Source: Stegostoma tigrinum (taxonomy: Eukaryota). From it: a stretch of DNA of 64,000 nt. The translations under genes and the position numbers were made by a program. Each line of letters opens with the position of its first letter. Position 1 is the first letter of the stretch. Location: contig NC_081379.1 in NCBI RefSeq assembly GCF_030684315.1, positions 45,465,404 through 45,529,403 on the forward strand, in the 5' to 3' direction. Below, in pieces: positions 61,073-64,000 of this stretch. The notes under the pieces are model-generated. The model was not told where the DNA came from and searched no databases. It saw only the letters and a list, made by a program, of their open reading frames with translations.

Positions 61073-62208
61073 ACTTCAGGAAGGCATTTGACAAGGTTCC
61101 TCTTGGAGACTGGTGAGCAAATTTAGATCACATGGAATACAGGAAGAGCTACCTATTAGGATATAGAATTGGCTCGAAGGTAGAAGACAGAGGGTGGTGG
61201 TGGAGTGTTGCCTTTTAAACTGGACGTCTGTGACTGGTGGCATGCCACAAGGATCAGTGCTGGATCCATTGTTTTTCATTACTTATACAAATGATATGGA
61301 TGTGAACATGGCAGGTATGTTTGGTAATTTTACAGATGACACCAAAATTAGAGAGTAGTGGACAGTGAAGAAGGTTACTTCAGAGTACAACAGGATCTTG
61401 ATGGAGTTTAATTTAGATAAATTAGGTGCTGCATTTTGGAAATGCAAATCAGGGCAGGACCTATACACTTAATGGTAACGTCCTGGGGAATGTTGCTGAT
61501 CAAAGGGACCTTGGAGTGCAGGTCTATAGTTCCTTGAAGGTGGAGTTGCAGGTAGATAGGATAGTGAAGAAGCTGTGTAGGTACGCTTGCCTTTTTTTGG
61601 TCAGTGCATTGAGTATAGAAGTTGGGAGGTTATTGTCGCGCTGTGCAGGACACTGGTTAGGCCACTTTTGGAATACCCATGTGTGATTCTGGTCTCCCTG
61701 TTATCGGAAGGATATTGTGAAACATGGAAGAGTTCAGGAAAGATTTACAGGGATGTTGCCAGGGTTGGAGAGTTCAGGAGAGGCTGAATAGGCTGGGACT
61801 ATTTTCCCTGGAGGGTCAGAGGCTGAGGAGTGACCTTATTGAGGTTTATAAAATCATGAGGGGCATGGATGAGGTAATGAAACAAGCCCTTTTCCTCAGG
61901 GTGCAGGAGTCCAAAACTAGAGGGCATAAGTTGAAGGTGAGAGGAGAAAGATTTAAAAGAGATCTAAAGGGCATCATTTTCACACCGAGGGTGGTGTGTG
62001 GATGGAATGAGCTGCCAAAAGAAGTGGTGGAGGCTGACACAACCTCACCATTTAAAGGGCATCTGGGTGGGTAAATGAATAGGAAGGGTTTAGAGGGATA
62101 TGAGCCAAATGCTGGCAAATGGGACTGGATTAATTTGGGATATCTGGTTGGCAAGGACAAGTTGCACTGAAGAGTCTGTTTCCGTGCTGTACATCTCTAT
62201 GACTCTGT
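61073..62208 (+). mobile_element. 5'-truncated CR1 LINE, moderately decayed
   Basis: Begins FRKAFDKVP; GMPQGSVLDP; FTDDTK; RLGLFSLE...DLIEVYKIMRG; tail ctgtacatctctatgactct. Confidence 0.92.
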
Positions 62209-63041
62209 GGTTAATGCTGCCTTTCCTCCTTTTCCCTGCCTAAAGGTGAAGCTGTGTTGCTAAATGTTTTCTGTAGGGAAATGTGAAAGTTGAGCATTCA
62301 GTAGGTTAGGAAAGTTGATATGCAGCTGTTTCCCTGATTGCCGCAGTCAAACCCATCACTGTTGTGCAAGTGGTTTATCAATATGGCTGTAGGATTGCTC
62401 CCAGTTCTGTCCTGGTTGCCTTGGTGAATCATTGTGTCTCTGTGTAAATGTATTTGTGTGTAACCAAGTTATAAATGTCTGGTTCTGTGTATTTGTAAAT
62501 ACAGATGTTTAAGCTGCCATTGTAACTGATACGCCTCCTTTACGCCCAGTCAGTCACTCATCTCCATAAACTTGCAAAAACGCCACAATGCATAAAGGCT
62601 CCAATTGAGCAGATAATGGAAAAAGTCCTGAACCAATGATTGCAGCTCATTGAACAGGTTAAAATCTCTTTGTGGCATTGAACAGTTACGCAGCTCTGCA
62701 GTAAAGATCCATAACTGAAGAAGAGGAAATAAACCGAAGGCATAGTGAAAACAGCTTGTGATAAAACACTTCCAGAAGTAAAAAATCAACACCTTCCGTC
62801 AAGCACGTGTTTCAAATGGCACCTGATTGCAACACCTCAGTCACACATTTCATTCAATGCTCTACCTCTCCCGTCATTGCTCTTAGACATTGGGAATCGG
62901 CTAATAATGCTAATCCCACATTTACACTTCCAGTGTGCCAAACCTCAGATTCTTCATTCTCAATTCTGTCTCTACTTCACAGTAAAGTCAGATTGGGTTC
63001 CACTTTACTCCCTCACAAGAGCAGCTCCACTGGGTTTGTGT

Positions 63042-63291
63042 AAAACCCCAGACCCTCAACCAGCTCAGATCTCAGGACATCTTACCAACTTGAACAAACC
63101 CAGAGCCCTCACCCCAGCTCCATTTCACCAACTCGAACAAACCTGGGACCCTCACCCCAGCTCCACTTCACCAGCTTGAACAAACCTAGGACCCTCATCC
63201 CAGCTCCATTTCACCAGCTTGAACAAACATGGGACCCCAATCCAGCTGCACCTCACTAGCTTGAACAAACCTAGCACCCTCACCCCAGTTC
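63042..63291. repeat. 43-bp minisatellite, ~5-6 diverged copies
   Basis: GAACAAACCTGGGACCCTCACCCCAGCTCCACTTCACCAGCTT-like units at 63092, 63135, 63178, 63221 and 63263, plus a degenerate copy upstream. Confidence 0.9.
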
Positions 63292-64000
63292 AGTCAGATA
63301 CTAGAACCATTTTTCTAGCTCCAACACACTCTGTCAATGTGTAATTAAACCTTATCACCTTCTCCCAGTACAACCAAGTACAAAACCCCAAAAATGTTGC
63401 AGGGATCCTCCTGATGTCCCAAAATAACACTGGAAGAAAAAGTAAAATACCTTTGGAAATGGTTTAAATGGCTCTTGTTAGCTTCTTACTCCAATTTTTT
63501 GCAACTTCTGTTGTTGAGGTAGCTGCAAAGCAACTCATGTGTAGTCTTTGGTGCCCTACACAATGAACAAGCCATATACTCAATGCAACATCTTCTCTTG
63601 GGAAACAAGATGCAATATATCCCCCTCTCTTTGCACACAGACTTTCAGTGACCTGCATTATGCAGAGGGAGATAGTGAACAGAAAATGGTGGAGGTAGAA
63701 TCTGCTCCATTATGGAAGGAACTTTCTTTTTGTCAAACAGTTTAAGAGTATTATTCAGAGTTCTGAATCTGACAATATTCTATAGAAAACAGAGTTTTGA
63801 AATGAATTCCTTTTACTTAGAAATCAGCCTGAGATGATAAATGTGATGATTAACAGTCTGATAGTACTGTCACTCGGTAATCACATTAACATGCACAGAC
63901 TGTGTACTCTACTTTAGCTTGGAGTGATGGAAAGAAAAAACCTCATAAGAGCTATCATTTTGGCATTGATTCAATGGAGCTCTTTTCAGAAGGAGATTTC

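Overview
Eukaryotic, repeat-dense, apparently intronic or intergenic DNA, most likely from a shark or other cartilaginous fish. This is inferred from HE1/V-SINE-type and Deu-domain SINEs and abundant CR1 (HER1-like) LINEs. I recognised no intact host protein-coding gene. A large share of the window is interspersed repeat: at least two CR1-type LINE families of different ages, L2 and Rex1/Babar fragments, a Tigger/pogo transposase remnant, several tRNA-derived SINE families, and two families of Penelope-like elements (PLEs). The PLEs carry GIY-YIG remnants, inverted ends, target-site duplications (TSDs) and minimal hammerhead-ribozyme cores. The most unusual structure is a nearly perfect 18 x 79-bp tandem array (10031-11444). 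Each unit carries a TATA box phased to an initiator-like motif at the start of the next unit, and the array is fused to the 5' UTR and ORF1 of a decayed CR1 LINE, resembling a monomer-type tandem promoter. Other observations are three independent CR1 copies 5'-truncated at almost the same RT codon, a chain of phase-compatible candidate plus-strand exons, and several candidate enhancer or CNE blocks. Boundaries of old repeats are approximate, and family names come from recalled motifs rather than database searches.
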